A DNA stretch of 64,000 bases from NCBI RefSeq assembly GCF_004010195.1, contig NC_057759.1, positions 7,893,022 to 7,957,021 of the forward strand, given 5' to 3'. The translations under genes and the position numbers were made by a program. Numbering within the stretch: position 1 is the stretch's first letter; each line of letters starts with the position of its first letter. Under the pieces are notes generated by a model. That model had not been told where the DNA came from, did no database searches, and worked only from the letters and a program-made list of their open reading frames with translations. Positions 24,601-39,600 of this stretch are shown here, in pieces. Origin of the DNA: Chiloscyllium plagiosum (lineage: Eukaryota).

Positions 24601-27600
24601 CAACTTAATAGAGTTCTTTGAGGAAGTGACCAAGTTAATAGATGAAGGAAGGGCTGTAGATGTCATATACATGGACTCGAGTAAGAGATTTGATAAGGTT
24701 CCCCATGGTAAACTCATGGAGAAAGTGAAGTCACATGGGTGCGGGTGTTCTGGCTGGGTGGATAAAGAACTGGTTGAGCAACAGGAGGCAGAGAGTAATA
24801 GTTGAAGGGAGTTTCTTGAAATGGAGAAAGGTGACCAGTGTGTTCCACAGGGGCCACTGTTGTTTGTGATATACATAAATGATCTGGGAGAGGGCACTGT
24901 TGGCATGATCAGTAAGTTTGCAGATGACACGAAGATTGGTGGAGTAGCAGAAAGCACAAGGGACTGTCAAATAATACAGGAGAATATAGGTAGACTGGAG
25001 AGTTGAATGGAGAAGTGGGAGATGGAGTTCAATCCAGGCAAATGTGAGGTGATGCATTTTGGAAAGTCTAATTCTAGAGCACACTATACTGTAAATGGAA
25101 GAGCCTTGGGGAAGAGTTGGTGAGCAGAGAGATCTGGGAGTGCAGGTCCATTGTATCCTAAAGGTGGTTGCACAGGTGGATAGAGTGGTCAAGAAGGCAT
25201 ATGGTATACTTGCCTTCATCAGACAGAGTATTGAGTATAAGAGCTGGCAGATCATGTTAAAATTGCACAAGACTTTGATTCGGCCGCATTTAGAATACTG
25301 TATACAGTTCTGGTCACCACATTACCAAAAGGATGTGGACGCTTTGGAGAGGGTGCAGAGAAGATTTACAAGGTGTTGCCTGGTATGGAAGGTACTATCT
25401 GTGAAGAGAGGTTGAGTTGGTTAAGATTGTTTTCTTTAGAAAAATGGAGATTGATGGGGGGACAGGCCTACAAAATCATGAAGGGTATAGACAGAGCAGA
25501 TACAGATAAGCTTTTCACCATAGAAAGCGATTTAGTAACAAGAGGTCACGCGTACAAGGTGAGAGAGTGAAATGTTTAAGGGGGATACGTGCAGCAAGTA
25601 CTTTACACAGAAGGTGGTAGGTGCCTGGAACGCGTTGCCAGCAGAGGTAGTAGAGTCAGGTACAGTCGATACATTTAAGGTGCGTCTGGACAGATCCAAG
25701 AGTAGATGGGGAGCAGAGGGATACAGATGCTAAAGAATTGGGCAATAGGTTTAGACAGCAGATTTGGGTTGGCTCAGGCTTGGAGGACTGAAGGGCCTGT
25801 TCCTGTCATTCCTTGTTCTTTGATAATACCACCATGCCATCACCTCCTCTGCAAAGGTTAGGACCATATAATAACTTGCATTAATAACATTGACCTTCAA
25901 AGTCTATATGTTCTTGAACTAGAATCGTACAACACAGAATCAGGCCCTGCTGACCAGGTTTCATAAACTGCCCTCATCCCGTTTACCTGCGTTTGATCCA
26001 TGTCTCTCCAAACCTTTCTTTTCCATGTATCTGTCCAAATATCTTTTAAATGTAGTTGTACCAGCTTGTAGGGCCTCAGGGCAGCACAGGAGTTCAGTGG
26101 TTGGCGTTGTTGCCTTTCAACACCAGGGACCCAGGCTTGATTCTTCCCTCGGATGACTGTCTGTGTGGAGTTTGCACGTTCTACACGTATCTCCATGAGT
26201 TTCCACTGGGTCCTCTGGTTTCCTCCCATGGTCCACAATGATGTGCAGGCTAGGTAGATTGGCCAAGCTACATAGTGTCTAGGGATGTGCAGCCAAAGCA
26301 GATTAGCCATAGAAAATGCAAGTTTACGGTGATAGGGAAGGGGGTTGGATCTGAATGGGATGCTGTTCAGAGGGTCAGTATGGACTTAATTGACTGAATG
26401 CCTGCTTCCAAACTTCAGGGATCCTGTGATTATACAATATCCTGTAGCAGCTTGTTCCACATATACACCACCCTGTGTGTGAAACAGTTGCCCCTCAGGT
26501 CCCTTTTAAACTTTTCCCCTCTCACCTTAAACCTATGCCCTCTATTCAGATGGAGCACCCTGTAAAAAGATACAACTGATAATTAAAGGTCTCTTAGAAC
26601 GACTCTCCCAAGTGATTTTACATCTTGCAGTTGTGCAAATATGAATGGAGACTCATTTGAAATTTTTTTAGTTTTGCACTGAAACTTGGAAATATATATT
26701 TTTAGGTTGAAAATAACATGGAGCAATATTAACTGCTCTGTTTTGTACGTTTGATAGGTCATGGTGATAGCAATAGTCGGAACATCCCAACTTTGGTCAA
26801 AGATATTAGCAACGTAGGAGAAGTTTCTTGTGGAAGCTCACATACCATTGCATTATCGAAAGATGGAAGAACAGCTTGGTCCTTTGGGGGAGGTGACAAT
26901 GGTAAGTAACTGGTGTAGACAAATGGGAGAAATGAATTTAATTATGTGGTGAAGATGCTCTTTTGTTTTTGACACAGGTAATTTTTAATTATCATCCTTC
27001 TTCCTTAATTTTATTCCTTTCCCTTTTGGAATAGGTCATTATGTGTTCCCCCAATTCCTCTTTGCAAAGTCAAGTTTTTGAATAACTCTCAACATATCGT
27101 TAAGTTTCAAACAAAAGGAAAGTTTATTCAAGCTAGTGCTCGTTAGTGAAGACCCATTAATGCTTGGATTCTTTTTTAAGGTTGGAACAATAGAAGCAGC
27201 GGGTATAGGTGTGACCAGCTATCACAGACTAGAGCTTCTAGTTTTTTTTTCAGTTTTTTTAGGGTTACCTTTAGTCAATTGCTGTTGAAATCTCAACAGG
27301 ACAGAAGCTGCTGGAGTTATGAAGCAGTAGAAGCTATTTTTTTTCCTTCTCTCGGTTACAACTAGGAGCTGGTGTTTCTCTCTGCTGCTGGGTTAACTGT
27401 GGAACAAAATTATTTTTCTGAATTTGCCTTTTTTTCCAAGGGATGTGTTTATAGGCTGTTACTATATTAGAACAGTTAATTAGTAATAGTTAATTTAAAC
27501 AATTATTGTTTAAATAAATTGTGTTTTGCTTAATGTTGAGTAGCTTGATCAGTCTAATTGCATCTGGAACACACCATGCTACACTTGCCTTTAAAATAAG

Positions 27601-30600
27601 AAAAAGTTAGGGTTGAGGCTACCTTAAAATATTTTGAGGGGGTCTGACCTGGTCCAGCAAAATACAGGATTCTTCTTGGAAATGAGCTGCATTGAAACTC
27701 GAGGCAGGCTTTAGCTAAGCCTGGATTTGCTTGTCTGTCCTGATGTTAAAAAACAGTCTGAGAATAGAGTTCAGTTTAAAACCAGAAGTTTGTCATCTGA
27801 TCAAATTCCTGAGTGGTACAATTCAACCTAACAAAATGGTTTTGTGTTGTAGAAGATAACTGTGGCACTGTTCACACCACTTCAACCTTAATACAATTCA
27901 ATGGTTTCTTTTCAGAACTGGCAGAGCTTAAAACATTGTCGGTTATTCCTTTGGTTTTATTGCAAAGTCCTTTCAAATGATATTCAAGGTGTTATATTCC
28001 AGAGAACTGATGAGGTATCTTTTATCCTGGTGAATGCTATAAATTATTAGAATCGGCCAACTTGCTCTTTTTGGGGTTAGTAACAGTCATTTTAAATCCA
28101 ACAAGAACCCATTTAAAATTAAACTGTGTCTGCACATGCACACAGTACAGAAATTACCCAATCAGCCTAATATATATTTATTGTCTTGGTAAATCACCTA
28201 ATCTCACCAACATAGAACATAGAAGAATACAGCGCAGTACAGGCCCTTCGGCCCTCGAAGTTGCGCCGATCCAAGCCCACCTAACCTACACTAGCCCACT
28301 ATCCTCCATATGCCTATCCAATGCCCGCTTAAATGTCCATAATGAGGGAGAAAAGGGGGAAAAAAACCTACCCAGGTAAGCTTACACTAACTGCTTCCGG
28401 GTCTCGGCTGCCCCTCTGGTCGTCGTCACTTCCCCCTGGTGCTCCCGCTCTTTCTGAGAAGAGAGAGTGAAAGAGAAAAAAAAACACCGCTGCCCGCTAC
28501 CGGTAAGTACTTTTAAAACCAAACGGTCTTACCTTCGCTGCTGCTCGCACTGGAAATGTGGAGGTTGTTCAGAGAGCATTTGCTGTGAGTGCTGGGTAAG
28601 TTTGTCCCACTGAGGCAAGGGAGGGTAGGGTGAAGGAACCTTGGATTACAATAGATGTGGAACATTTAGTCAAGAGGAAGAACGAAGCTTACTTAAGGTT
28701 GAGAAAGCAAGGCAGGGCTCCAGAGGGTTAAAGGTAGCCAGGAAGGAACTGAAAAATGGACTGAGGCGAGTTCAAAGGGGGTATGAAAAAGACTTGGCGG
28801 GTAGAATTAAGGTGTTCTGCACTTAAGTGCGGAACAAGAGAATGGCCAAGGTGAGAGTAGGGCTGATCAAGGATCGTGAAGGGAACTTGTGCCTGGAGTT
28901 GGAGGACGTAGAGGAAGTCTCTAATGGATACTTGGCTTCAGTATTCCCTGCTGAGAGAGACCTTGATGTTTGTGAGGACAACATGAAATAGACTGATACG
29001 CTCAAACAGATTGATGTTAAGAAGGAAGAAGTGCTGGAAACTATGAAAAACATCAGGATAGATAAGTCCCTTCGGCCAGATGGGATGTACCCAAAGTTAC
29101 TATGGGGAGCGAGGGAAGAGATTGCTGTGACTTTAATGATGATCTTTACATCCTCACTGTCCACTGGAGTAGTACCAGATGATTGGAGGGTGGCAGATGT
29201 TATTTCCTTGTTTAAGAAAGGGAATAGGCATAACCCTGAGAATTACAGAGCAATCAGTCTTACGTCAGTGATGGGCAAATTATTGGAGAGGATTCTACCA
29301 GTCAGAGTTTATGATTATTTGGAAAAGCATAGCTTGATTAGAGTTAGACAGCATTTCTTGGTGAGGAGCAAGTTATGCCTCACAAGCCTTATTGAATTCT
29401 TTGAGGATCTGATAAAACAAATTGATGAAGGTGGATTTAACAAGGCATTCAGAAAGTAAGGAGATTTTGGATACAGGGACATTTGGCCGCCTAGATACAG
29501 AATTGGCTGGCTCATAGAAGGTGGTGGGTAGATGGAAAGTATTCAGCCTGGAGCTCAGTGACCAGTGGTATTCAGCAGAGATTGGTTCTGGGACCTCTGC
29601 TGTTCGTGATTTTTATAAATGACTTGGATGAGGAAGTGGAAAGGTGGGTTAGTAAGTTTGCTGATGACATGAAGTTTGGTGGAGTCGTAGATAATGTCCT
29701 CAAAGTTGCCTCCAAAGTTGATAAGGTTGTTAAAAAGGCATATGGTGTGTTTGCTTTCTTTAGAGGGGGATTGAGTTTAAGAGCTATGAGGTTACGCTGT
29801 AGCTCTATAAAGCCCTGGTTAGACCACACTTGGAATACTGTCTTTCAGTTCTGCTCTCCTCGTTATAGGAAGGATGTGGAGGCTTTCGAGAGGGTGCAGA
29901 GGAGATTTACCAGGATGTTGCCTGGACTAGAGGGCATGTCTTATGAAGAAAGTTTGAGGCTTTTCTGATTGAAGGATGAGAGGTGACTTGAGAGAGTCAT
30001 CAAGTCAGTTGATGAGAGGCATCAACAGAGTGGATAGCCCGAGACTTTTTCCCAGGGCAGAATTAGCTAACATGTGGGGACATAATTTTAAGGTATTTGG
30101 AGGAAAGTTTAGGGGAGATATCAGAGGTAGATTCTTTACACAGAGAGTGGTGGGTGCGTGGAATGCATTGCCAGCAGTGAAAGCAGAATCAGATACATTC
30201 GCGACATTGAAGCGACTCTTGGATAGGCACATTGATGATAAGTTTTTTAGTTTCGTTTGATCTTAGAGTAGATTAAAAGATTGGTACAACCTCGAGAGCC
30301 AAAGGGCCTGTACTGCGTTGTACTCTTGTATGATCTATGTAACTAACCGAATAGTTCGGAAGAGAGTAGTAATTCAGAGGATTGGAAACCAATACTTAAG
30401 ATACGTAACAGTTTGCCCCACACAGTAGGTTTAAATTACCACTTGTGGGATTAAATCGGATTCTGGTATGGTTTGAGATTTGTTTAATGGACAGAAATGG
30501 AGAGTCGGGAATAAATAGACTGTTCGATGGTTGGTAGGCTGTGAATATTGGAAGTTACATGAGGATCAGTACTTGAGCTCCAGAAATTTGCAATCTTTGT

Positions 30601-33600
30601 TGATGTTTGAATGTGGGGGTCAAATGTAACATTTCCAAAATTTTCTGTAATACAGAATTAGATGTGAATAGAAATTGAGGGTAATATGTGTTTTAAAAAA
30701 AAGCTTCAAGGGGATTTAGAGAAGCTAAGTGTGCAAGAACATGGCAAATGGAGTACAAAAAAATGTGGAAAAAATATGTAGTTGTAACATTTTGGAAGGT
30801 AAAGCAGAGTATTTCTTAAATGATGAGAGATTGGGGAAGTTTTGCCATCTAAAGGGACTTTGGTGGCCTTGTTTATAAATTACCAAAAGCCAACTTGTGG
30901 ATGGAGCAGGCAATTAGAAAAGTAAATGACTTGTTGGCATTGTAGAGCCTTATGTAAAACTTAGGATATTGTCTGTAATTTTGGTCTCGTGAACTAAGGA
31001 AGGGATGCTTGCCACAGAGGCTTTGCAGTAAGGGCTTGTTCAGACTGATTCCTGAGTAGTCGAAGAGTGTGCTGTTGGAAAAGCACAGCCAATCAGGCAG
31101 CATTCGAAGAGAAGGAGAATCAACATTTTGGGCATTGGCCCTTCATCAGGATTTCTGATGAAGGGCTTATGCCTGAAACATTGATTCTCCTGCTCCTCAG
31201 ATGTTGCCTGACCAGCTGTGCTTTTCAATCACCACACCCTTCAACTTTCATCTCCAGCATCTGCAATCCTCACTTTCTCCTAGTTGATTCCCGAGTAGGA
31301 GGATTATCCTTGAAGGAAATATTGAGGAGTCTGGGTCTATGTTGTCAAGAGTTTTGAAGAATGAGAGGGATCTCATTAAAGTGTGCAGGACTTGATGGGA
31401 TAGATTCAGGAAGGATGTTTTCCCAGGCTCTGAGGCCTAGATTTGGGACACTGTTCCACAGAAGAGTTAGTTTTTTAGGACTGAGATGAAATAGTAAGCA
31501 ATTTCTTCATTCAGATGGTGGTGAATCTTCAGAACTTTTTACCCCAGGGGTTTGTGGAGGCTGAATCATTAAGTACATTCAAACCAAAATTTAGTAGATT
31601 TCCAGACACTATATACATAAAAGGATATGGAGATAGGGTGAGAAAACAATATTGCACTATAAAATCAGCCGTGATCTAGTTAATTTATTGTCACTTACCA
31701 AAGTACAGTACAGTGAAAAGTTTTGTTTACAAGCAATACAGGCAGATCATAGTAAGCATGGAATGTATAGATCAAAAATTGTAACAAAAACGTTAGGTTG
31801 CACAGTATGTGCGATAGGCAAGATCAATATTAGCAAGATTAGCATTATTTAAGAGAGTCCATTTATCAGTCTAATGACAGCCGGGAAGAAGCTGTTCCTG
31901 AACCTGCTGGTGCGTGTGTTCAAACTTCTGTACCTCCTACTTGACGGAAGAAGGTCATTACTGTGGTGCGATGGACCTTTGATGATTTTGGCAGTCTTAA
32001 TGTGAGAACAAGCCATGTAAATGGAATCCAGGGATAGAAGTTTGGATTCCATGATGGTGTATGTATACAACCTTATATAATTTCTTCTGGTTTTGGACAG
32101 AGCAATTGCCATACCAGGCAGTTATGCACCGAGACAGTATGTTTTAAATGGTGCATCTGTTGGTGAGGGGCCTTCTGGCAATTCAAATTTCCTGAGCCAC
32201 CTGAGGAATAGGAGGTGTTGTTATGTCTTCTTGACTGTTGTATCCATGTGTGAAGTCCAGGATAGGTTGTCAGTTAGCCTCACTCAGAGGAATTTGATGC
32301 TCTCAACTTCAGTTCAACCCGAATAATAGTATTCCCTGTGTTTCTGTAATATTTCAGTTCTGCCGTTTTTCCGATTTTTGTTTTTGAGCTTTCTCCAGTA
32401 CATTGCTTTTATATTATGAAGATTGAAGATCGTGAAGACACCAAAAGTACTATACAAATTTAACATAAATTTTCTGTGCTTTTCAATTCTGTCCATCTCG
32501 AAATTAACCTCAATTCTGTTCTTTTTGTCGTCATTTGCATTGCTACTTTTAGTGAAATGCGTATCTGTATCATTAAATTCCTTTCCAAGGAGAGTTTTCC
32601 TTATTCCTCCTGCCAAATTGTATTTATCTCAGTTCTTGAAGTTTATTTTTCCAATTACTTGTGTATTTTTCAAGTCTGTAACAAAATTGTAGTTCTCCAT
32701 ATTTACAATAGTCTTCCTAATTTTATTTTGTTACCTACAAATTTTAGAATTATGCTCCTTCCTGACCCTAAGTCCAGATCTGTATAAATGGTGAAGAGCA
32801 GTTGTCTGAACACCACATCGCAATAATTATTAATCTTAATAGCTACCTTTAATTCATACTGTCTGTTTTCTGTGTTGTAGCCAGCTTGTTGATCATTCTA
32901 CTACTTGTCCACTGATTCCATAAATTCCAGCCAGTGTGACATTATTTGAAAATTCGTTTATATAATTTTTAATGCCATATCTTCTTTTCATGGATTCTCA
33001 TGCAACAAGCTATATTGCTCAATAAAACTAAGTTAATTAGCAAGTTGTTTGAATAATAGGGTTAATATATTCCATTCATTCTACTAGGCAAACTTGGTCA
33101 TGGTGACACTAACAGAGTTTATAAACCCAAAGTTATTGAAGCCTTACAAGGGATGTTTATCCGTAAAGTATGTGCTGGGAGTCAATCTTCACTTGCTTTA
33201 ACGTCAACAGGACAGGTTAGTTAAGCTGCAAAATATTTTCATGGCAGAATGCATTCTTTTGTTTGTTGTAAGAGTAAGTCAATGATGAATACGTGAGGTG
33301 TAACTGAAATGATCTTTATGTTAAGAATTTTTTTAAAAAGTGCTTTGAAACACATCATGATATTAAAGAAGCTTGAAGTATAACAATTGATTTTTGGTCC
33401 TCATTAACAATAGCATTGCCATATAAATTTGCCTATAGTTTTGACAAAAGAAATACATGTAACATGAATTTCATACCACAAATTTATTTGGAATTAATTT
33501 GATATTTGCTGCATTTCAAATGTAGGTGTATGCTTGGGGCTGCGGTGCCTGTCTTGGATGTGGCTCATCAGAAGCTACAGCTTTGAGACCCAAACTTATT

Positions 33601-36600
33601 GAAGAACTGGCTACTACAAGAGTAGTTGACCTCTCAATAGGTGACAGCCACTGTTTGGCTCTTTCACATGGTAAGAAGCAAATTTGATTTTCTAAACCAA
33701 TATAATCATCGCTGAAATGTAACAAGAGTGGTGGTGGCATAGAACAAAACATTACAAGGCTGTATAATTGGAACCACTTGATTCCAACCAATCATTTTGT
33801 AGCCAAGTATAAGAATCTTGTTTGACTATTTGTCACCTTTTTGATTTGAAAGCTGTTGATTATAGTTTTATTAATGACTTTATTAGTGAATGTTTAATTT
33901 TCAGTTTGTTTATAGCTTTAATACTTGCCTCATCTGTAAATAAGCTTGTTCTGCAATGAACAGCAGGAATGCATCAATTCTGCCAACATGAAGTTCAAAG
34001 AGCAAAACATAATGTGTTAAACCAGTACTTTGATTTTTTTTTGTGGAATTGTTTACTGTGGCTCTGAAACTGTATAAAACTTTGGTTCGGCCATATTTGG
34101 AATATTGTGTAGTTCTGGTCACCACACAACAGGAAGGAAGTAGAGGATTTGGAGAGGGTACAGAAAAGAGGCGTTTAGACAGACACATGAACAGTTGAGG
34201 AATAGGTGCTTATGTACAGGCAGATGAGATTGATTCACAATGACCTCATGTTCGGCACAGATATGGTAGGCCAAAAGGCCTGTTCCTGTGCGATACTGTT
34301 CTATGTTCTCTGTAGCTTGTTTCTGCACTTCTCCTAATTGTGACGTAGCAAACTTAGTGGAGTAAGTTGAACTCGACTCTTTGTGAAGAATATTCTGCAT
34401 CTTATTTAAGTGTCATGTGTGATTTGTCCACCAAATCATGACTTCTAACAAAGCAAAATATTCTTGCAAGCCATTTTGTGATTTATTTTTGTATGGATTT
34501 TCTGAATATTTCAAATTGAAAGAATGGGGAAAGTGGTGAATGTTGTGAAACTTGAGTTAACTGAGGGTTAGCTTTCTGATTGGTAACTTTGGAAAAGATT
34601 GAGGGATTTATTAATTATTCAGTTTTTGCTCATTACTTGTGCTCCTTAGTGTGCTTTTGCTAATTTTGAAAAGTTATTATTTAGCTTTTAAGCAACTCAT
34701 TTTCCTCCAAAGTTTTCCCTTTTGAAATTTTGTTTTCATCAGTGCTGCCTTCTGGAATGTGAATTCTGAGGGCCATTATAATAGGTTTAAAGCAATGAAT
34801 TGTCTAGATATTATTTGTATAATATACTTAGTATAGACAAAGGAATCTTCTCACTTTTTCATAAAAATAATTACATTTGATTGTAAGTGGGAAGCAGATG
34901 TGTTGGGGTAAATGTACTTGAGGTGGCATAGATAAGCAAGCGTTTTCTATATTTATTGCTAACTTAAACTATTGATTTGCTTATACCATTTTGTAGGAGA
35001 AATTGAGGACTGCAGATGCTGGAGATCAGAGTCAAGAGTGTGGTGCTGGAAAAGCATAGCAGATCAGGCAGCATCCAAGGAGCAGGAGAATCAGTGTTTC
35101 AGGTATAAGCCCTTCATTAGGAATGATGAAGGGTTTATGCCCAAAATGTCGATTCTCCTGCTCCTTGGATGCTGCCTGACCTGCTATGCTTTTCCAGCAC
35201 CACACTCTCGACTTGTGCCATTTTGTATTAGCTCTCCCAAGAATTTACTTGTCTACCTCTGGATAGGTTTCTAATGTGTTTTAAATCTTAAAGTCTGACC
35301 TGTGATTTTGGATCTTGTAGTCAGTGATAAAGGAACAATGGATAAGAATCATCTTAAAAGCTGCCCGCAAATCATTTAGATTTTGTTTATGAATGTATTT
35401 CCGTACTACTTGGCTTATTTGTCATGGCCATTGGGTTGTTCATCACTCAAGGTTTAAAAACTTGAGTTTCTTCAGGTTTTTCAAATGGGCAGCATTTGGC
35501 TCAGTGGTTAACAAATTAGCTATGGCAGATCAGACCTGATGGCCAAATGGCCAATGCATGCTCTTTTGTCTTACTGTAAAAATAAGTCTCATTATGGACT
35601 CAACTGATTTTCTTAAATTGGCCGTTTTAAGAAAAAGAAAATAAATAGAAAGTTAGAGTTTAAAGAGAGTGCATCAGTCCTGAACCAGCTCATCATCAAT
35701 GACGCATGTGCCAACATCCTTACTCAAGAAATTTGAAAGCATTTCAGCAGTAACCACAGACTATAGCTAATACATTGCCAAGGATCACAGCAAAGCTGAG
35801 GTCATCTGCTGAAGTGCAATGCAAAGAAAACTGTCTGTATTTGCACATTCTCCCTGTGTCTGCGTGGGTTTCCGCTGGGTGCTCCGGTGTCCTCCCACAG
35901 TCCAAAGATGTACTGGTGGCCATGCTAAATTGCCCATAGTATCAGGGGTGTATAGGCTAGGTGGATTGCCCATGGGGTGTACAGAGATTACATGCTGTTC
36001 GGGGGGCCGGTGTGGATTTGATGGGCTGAATGGCCTGCTTTCACACTGTAGGGATTTGATTTTATTCTACTCTGGACGGAACAAGGAAATAAGAAAAATT
36101 AAGGTCTCGTCTATATACTTAATATACTTTGGCAGGGTTTGGCCTGGTCCATAACAATTTGGTCACAAGCTGCTACAAAATCAATGAAGTAGTTCATGAG
36201 CTGACAGCATCACTGATTGCTAAATGATTATGTTTATTGGTACTGAACAAAGAGTCTTGTTTTCTCGCTGTTTTAAAGGAAAAGGCTTGTTGATGATTCC
36301 AGTTTATTGGGTATGTATTGTACATGATTAAGACTGATTACAGAACATTAATTATGATAATTCACCAGGAAATTAATGTTTTGTTTTCTTTGCATTGCAC
36401 TTCAGCAGATGACTTGAGCTTTGCTGTGATCCATGGCAATGTGTTAGTCTGTGGTTACTGCTGAAACGCTTTCAAATTTCTTGAGCAGGGAAGGTGATAC
36501 ATATGTCGTTGATGATGAGCTGGGTCAGGACTGATGGACTGTCTTTAAATTCTAACTTTCTATTTACTTTCTTTATCTTAAAACGGCCAATTTAAGAAAA

Positions 36601-39600
36601 TCAGTTGAGTCCATAATGAGACTCATTCTTACAGTAAGACAAAAGAGCATGCATCGGCCATTTGGCCGTCAGGTCTGACCTGTCATAGCTAATCTGATAA
36701 ATTTACACATTTCTGCTTTTACCCATAATCCTCAATTTGCCTTGTATAGATTAGATTAGATTAGATTAGATTACAGTATGGAAACAGGCCCTTCGGCCCA
36801 ACAAGTCCACACCGACACGCCGAAGCGAAACCCACCCATACCCCTACATTTACCCCTTACCTAACACTACGGGCAATTTAGTATGGCCAATTCACCTAAC
36901 CTGCACATCTTTGGACTGTGGGAGGAAACCGGAGCACCCGGAGGAAACCCACGCAGACACGGGGAGAACGTGCAAACTCCACACAGTCAGTCGCCTGAGT
37001 CGGGAATTGAACCCGGGTCTCTGGCGCTGCGAGGCAGCAGTGCTAACCACTGTGCCACCGTGCCGCCCACTAGTTTCATTCTTGACTTCAATCTCCATGT
37101 AACCATGTCTCCATAATGGCTCTAGGATCATACCTCCACCATTAACCTCAATTTGTGGCATCAATTCACTTATGTTGCTCTGATTAGCACACAAATTTAA
37201 GTAAAAAGTCATTCATTTTGCATTTTTGCCATTTTCCCTCCTTTGGTTGTATTGCTTTTTTTAAAATGCTTGTGCATTCTGTTCCTGTCTGTCCTACCCC
37301 AGGTTTTGTTACCTAACTAGGTGGCCTGCAATGCTACCATATCCTTTTGCTATATAAGCCTATGTTTCCCCTTTGTTTTACTTGTCGTTTGCTGCTTTGC
37401 AAAGCCTTTGATGTCCTTGAGTTAGGAAATATGTTTGGCTGAAACCTAGTGATAATGTCACTCTATCGGTATTCTGGGCCTTGAGTCTGATGTCCTAATA
37501 ATGTGGTTTTGAATTCCACCATAGCAAATGGAAAAACTTAAAATCAATAAAGAAGCCTGGAGTTAAAAGCGCGAGTCTAATGGCAATCATGTAACTTTTT
37601 TTTAATTGTAAAAGCCTATATGGTTCAGTAGTGCCCTTTTAGTGAAGAAAATCTGCTGTCCTTATCTGGTCTGGTCTCCATGTGACTCCAGACCCATAAC
37701 AATTTGGTTGACTCTTCATTGCCATCTGGCAGTTTGGGATGACAGTTGAGAGTGTGGTGCTGGAAAAGCACAGCAGGTCAGGCAGCATCCTAGGAGCAGG
37801 CGAATCAGTGTCTTGGGGATGAGCCCTTCATCGGAATCTTCAGGCTTATACCTGAAACATTGATTCTCCTGCTCCTCAGATGCTGCCTGACATGCTATAC
37901 TTTGCCAGCAGCACACACTCGACTCTGATCTCCATCATCTGCAATCCGCACTTTCTCCCCGTGTGGGATGACAATAAATGTCATCCATGACACTTAGATT
38001 GCATGAACTGATTAAAAATAAAGTACAACTTTATCATTTTATTTTGCTTTGAATTCTTATATTGACATTTTTCTGATTTGCTGAATGATACCTTTTAATA
38101 ATGAAAAATATTTTGATTTTGGTGCATCATATTGTCTATGCATTCTTATTTTAATTATAGATAATGAGGTGTATGCTTGGGGCAATAATTCTATGGGACA
38201 ATGTGGTCAAGGAAACTCAACTGGGCCAATCACAAAACCTAAAAAAGTGATTGCTTTGGATGGAGTAGCATGTCAGCAGGTTTCTGCTGGAACTTCCCAC
38301 AGCTTAACTTGGACAGCATTACCAAGAGACAGGTTAGAAAATGAAACAAAAATTCCCTCAACAGTATTTTGGACAAATTCCTATTTTGACAGAATGTTCA
38401 GCACTCTCTCTGTTTTGTTACAACAGACAAGTTGTAGCTTGGCACCGACCTTACTGTGTTGATTTAGAAGAAAGCACTTTTTCTCACCTTCGGTCATTTC
38501 TTGAATGGTACTGTGATGGAATCAATAGTGAAGTTCCACCTGTCCCTTTCCCGTCATCCAGGTATGATTGGCTGTTATAAGGTCTAGTGAGTTTTATTTA
38601 CATGTTTTGTTAATGTGTTCAGATTTAGTGCCTTCATTTTAGAGCAAATGTGTTAACCAATCCAGTTTCAAATCAAATTATTAAATAACTGTAGACTAAT
38701 ATCTTGGTAATCTTGAGTTTGGGAATTACAACAATATTTGGATTTGTTTTTGATGTCAGTATCAAATACAAAGTATTTTGTATTTGAAAGATTGTTTAAA
38801 TGCGTTGGTGTACGTTTCACAATTAAGTGATGATTTGTTTGGACACCATTTAATATTTTCAAGCTGCATTGCTATTATAAATTCTTACATTCACCAAATG
38901 GAATTTAAGGTTTAAATCAAATTCATTTTGACTATTTTTAAAAATAGGGAGCATCACAATTTTCTTAAGCTTTGTCTCAAGCTACTGTCTAATCATCTGG
39001 CACTGGCTGTAGCTGGCGGTGTGGCCACCAGTATTCTTGGGAGACAGGCCAGGCCACTGCGAAATCTATTGTTCAGATTAATGGACTCATCTGTACCAGA
39101 TGAAATCCAAGAGGTGAGTTATTTCATAACAGTTTTTCTTTATTTGAATTGCTATTGCCCTTAATTACAGCACTGTTGAGATATTTGGTTTTGGTGCCGA
39201 GGCTTAATCTCAGTGTGGGCCTTTTCCTCCGAGAGATGATCATGTAGCAAATCCATTAGCTGACCTATGTGAGGCAAGTTCAGCGAGAAGTACTGCATCG
39301 TTAGATGGTTGTTAAGTGTTGTAGGTCATTGTTTTCAAAGTTGGTACCTGTTGTCAAGCTGTTGTCATTGATATAGTGATTTCACTAATGTAATATCACC
39401 ATTTCCCCTTGCTGTTACCTAGTACCTTCTGTGTTTCTTGTCTCAGGTCTTCATGTCATGCTTACAAGAAATCTTAAAATGGAGCTTTGAAGGAGCCTGT
39501 CTTCTGGTTCCTGTTATATTCTTAGATTAATACAGCGCAGAGAAAGCCTTTTGGCCCATTGCGTCTATACTGACATAACTACCACTAAAGGTGTGCTAAT

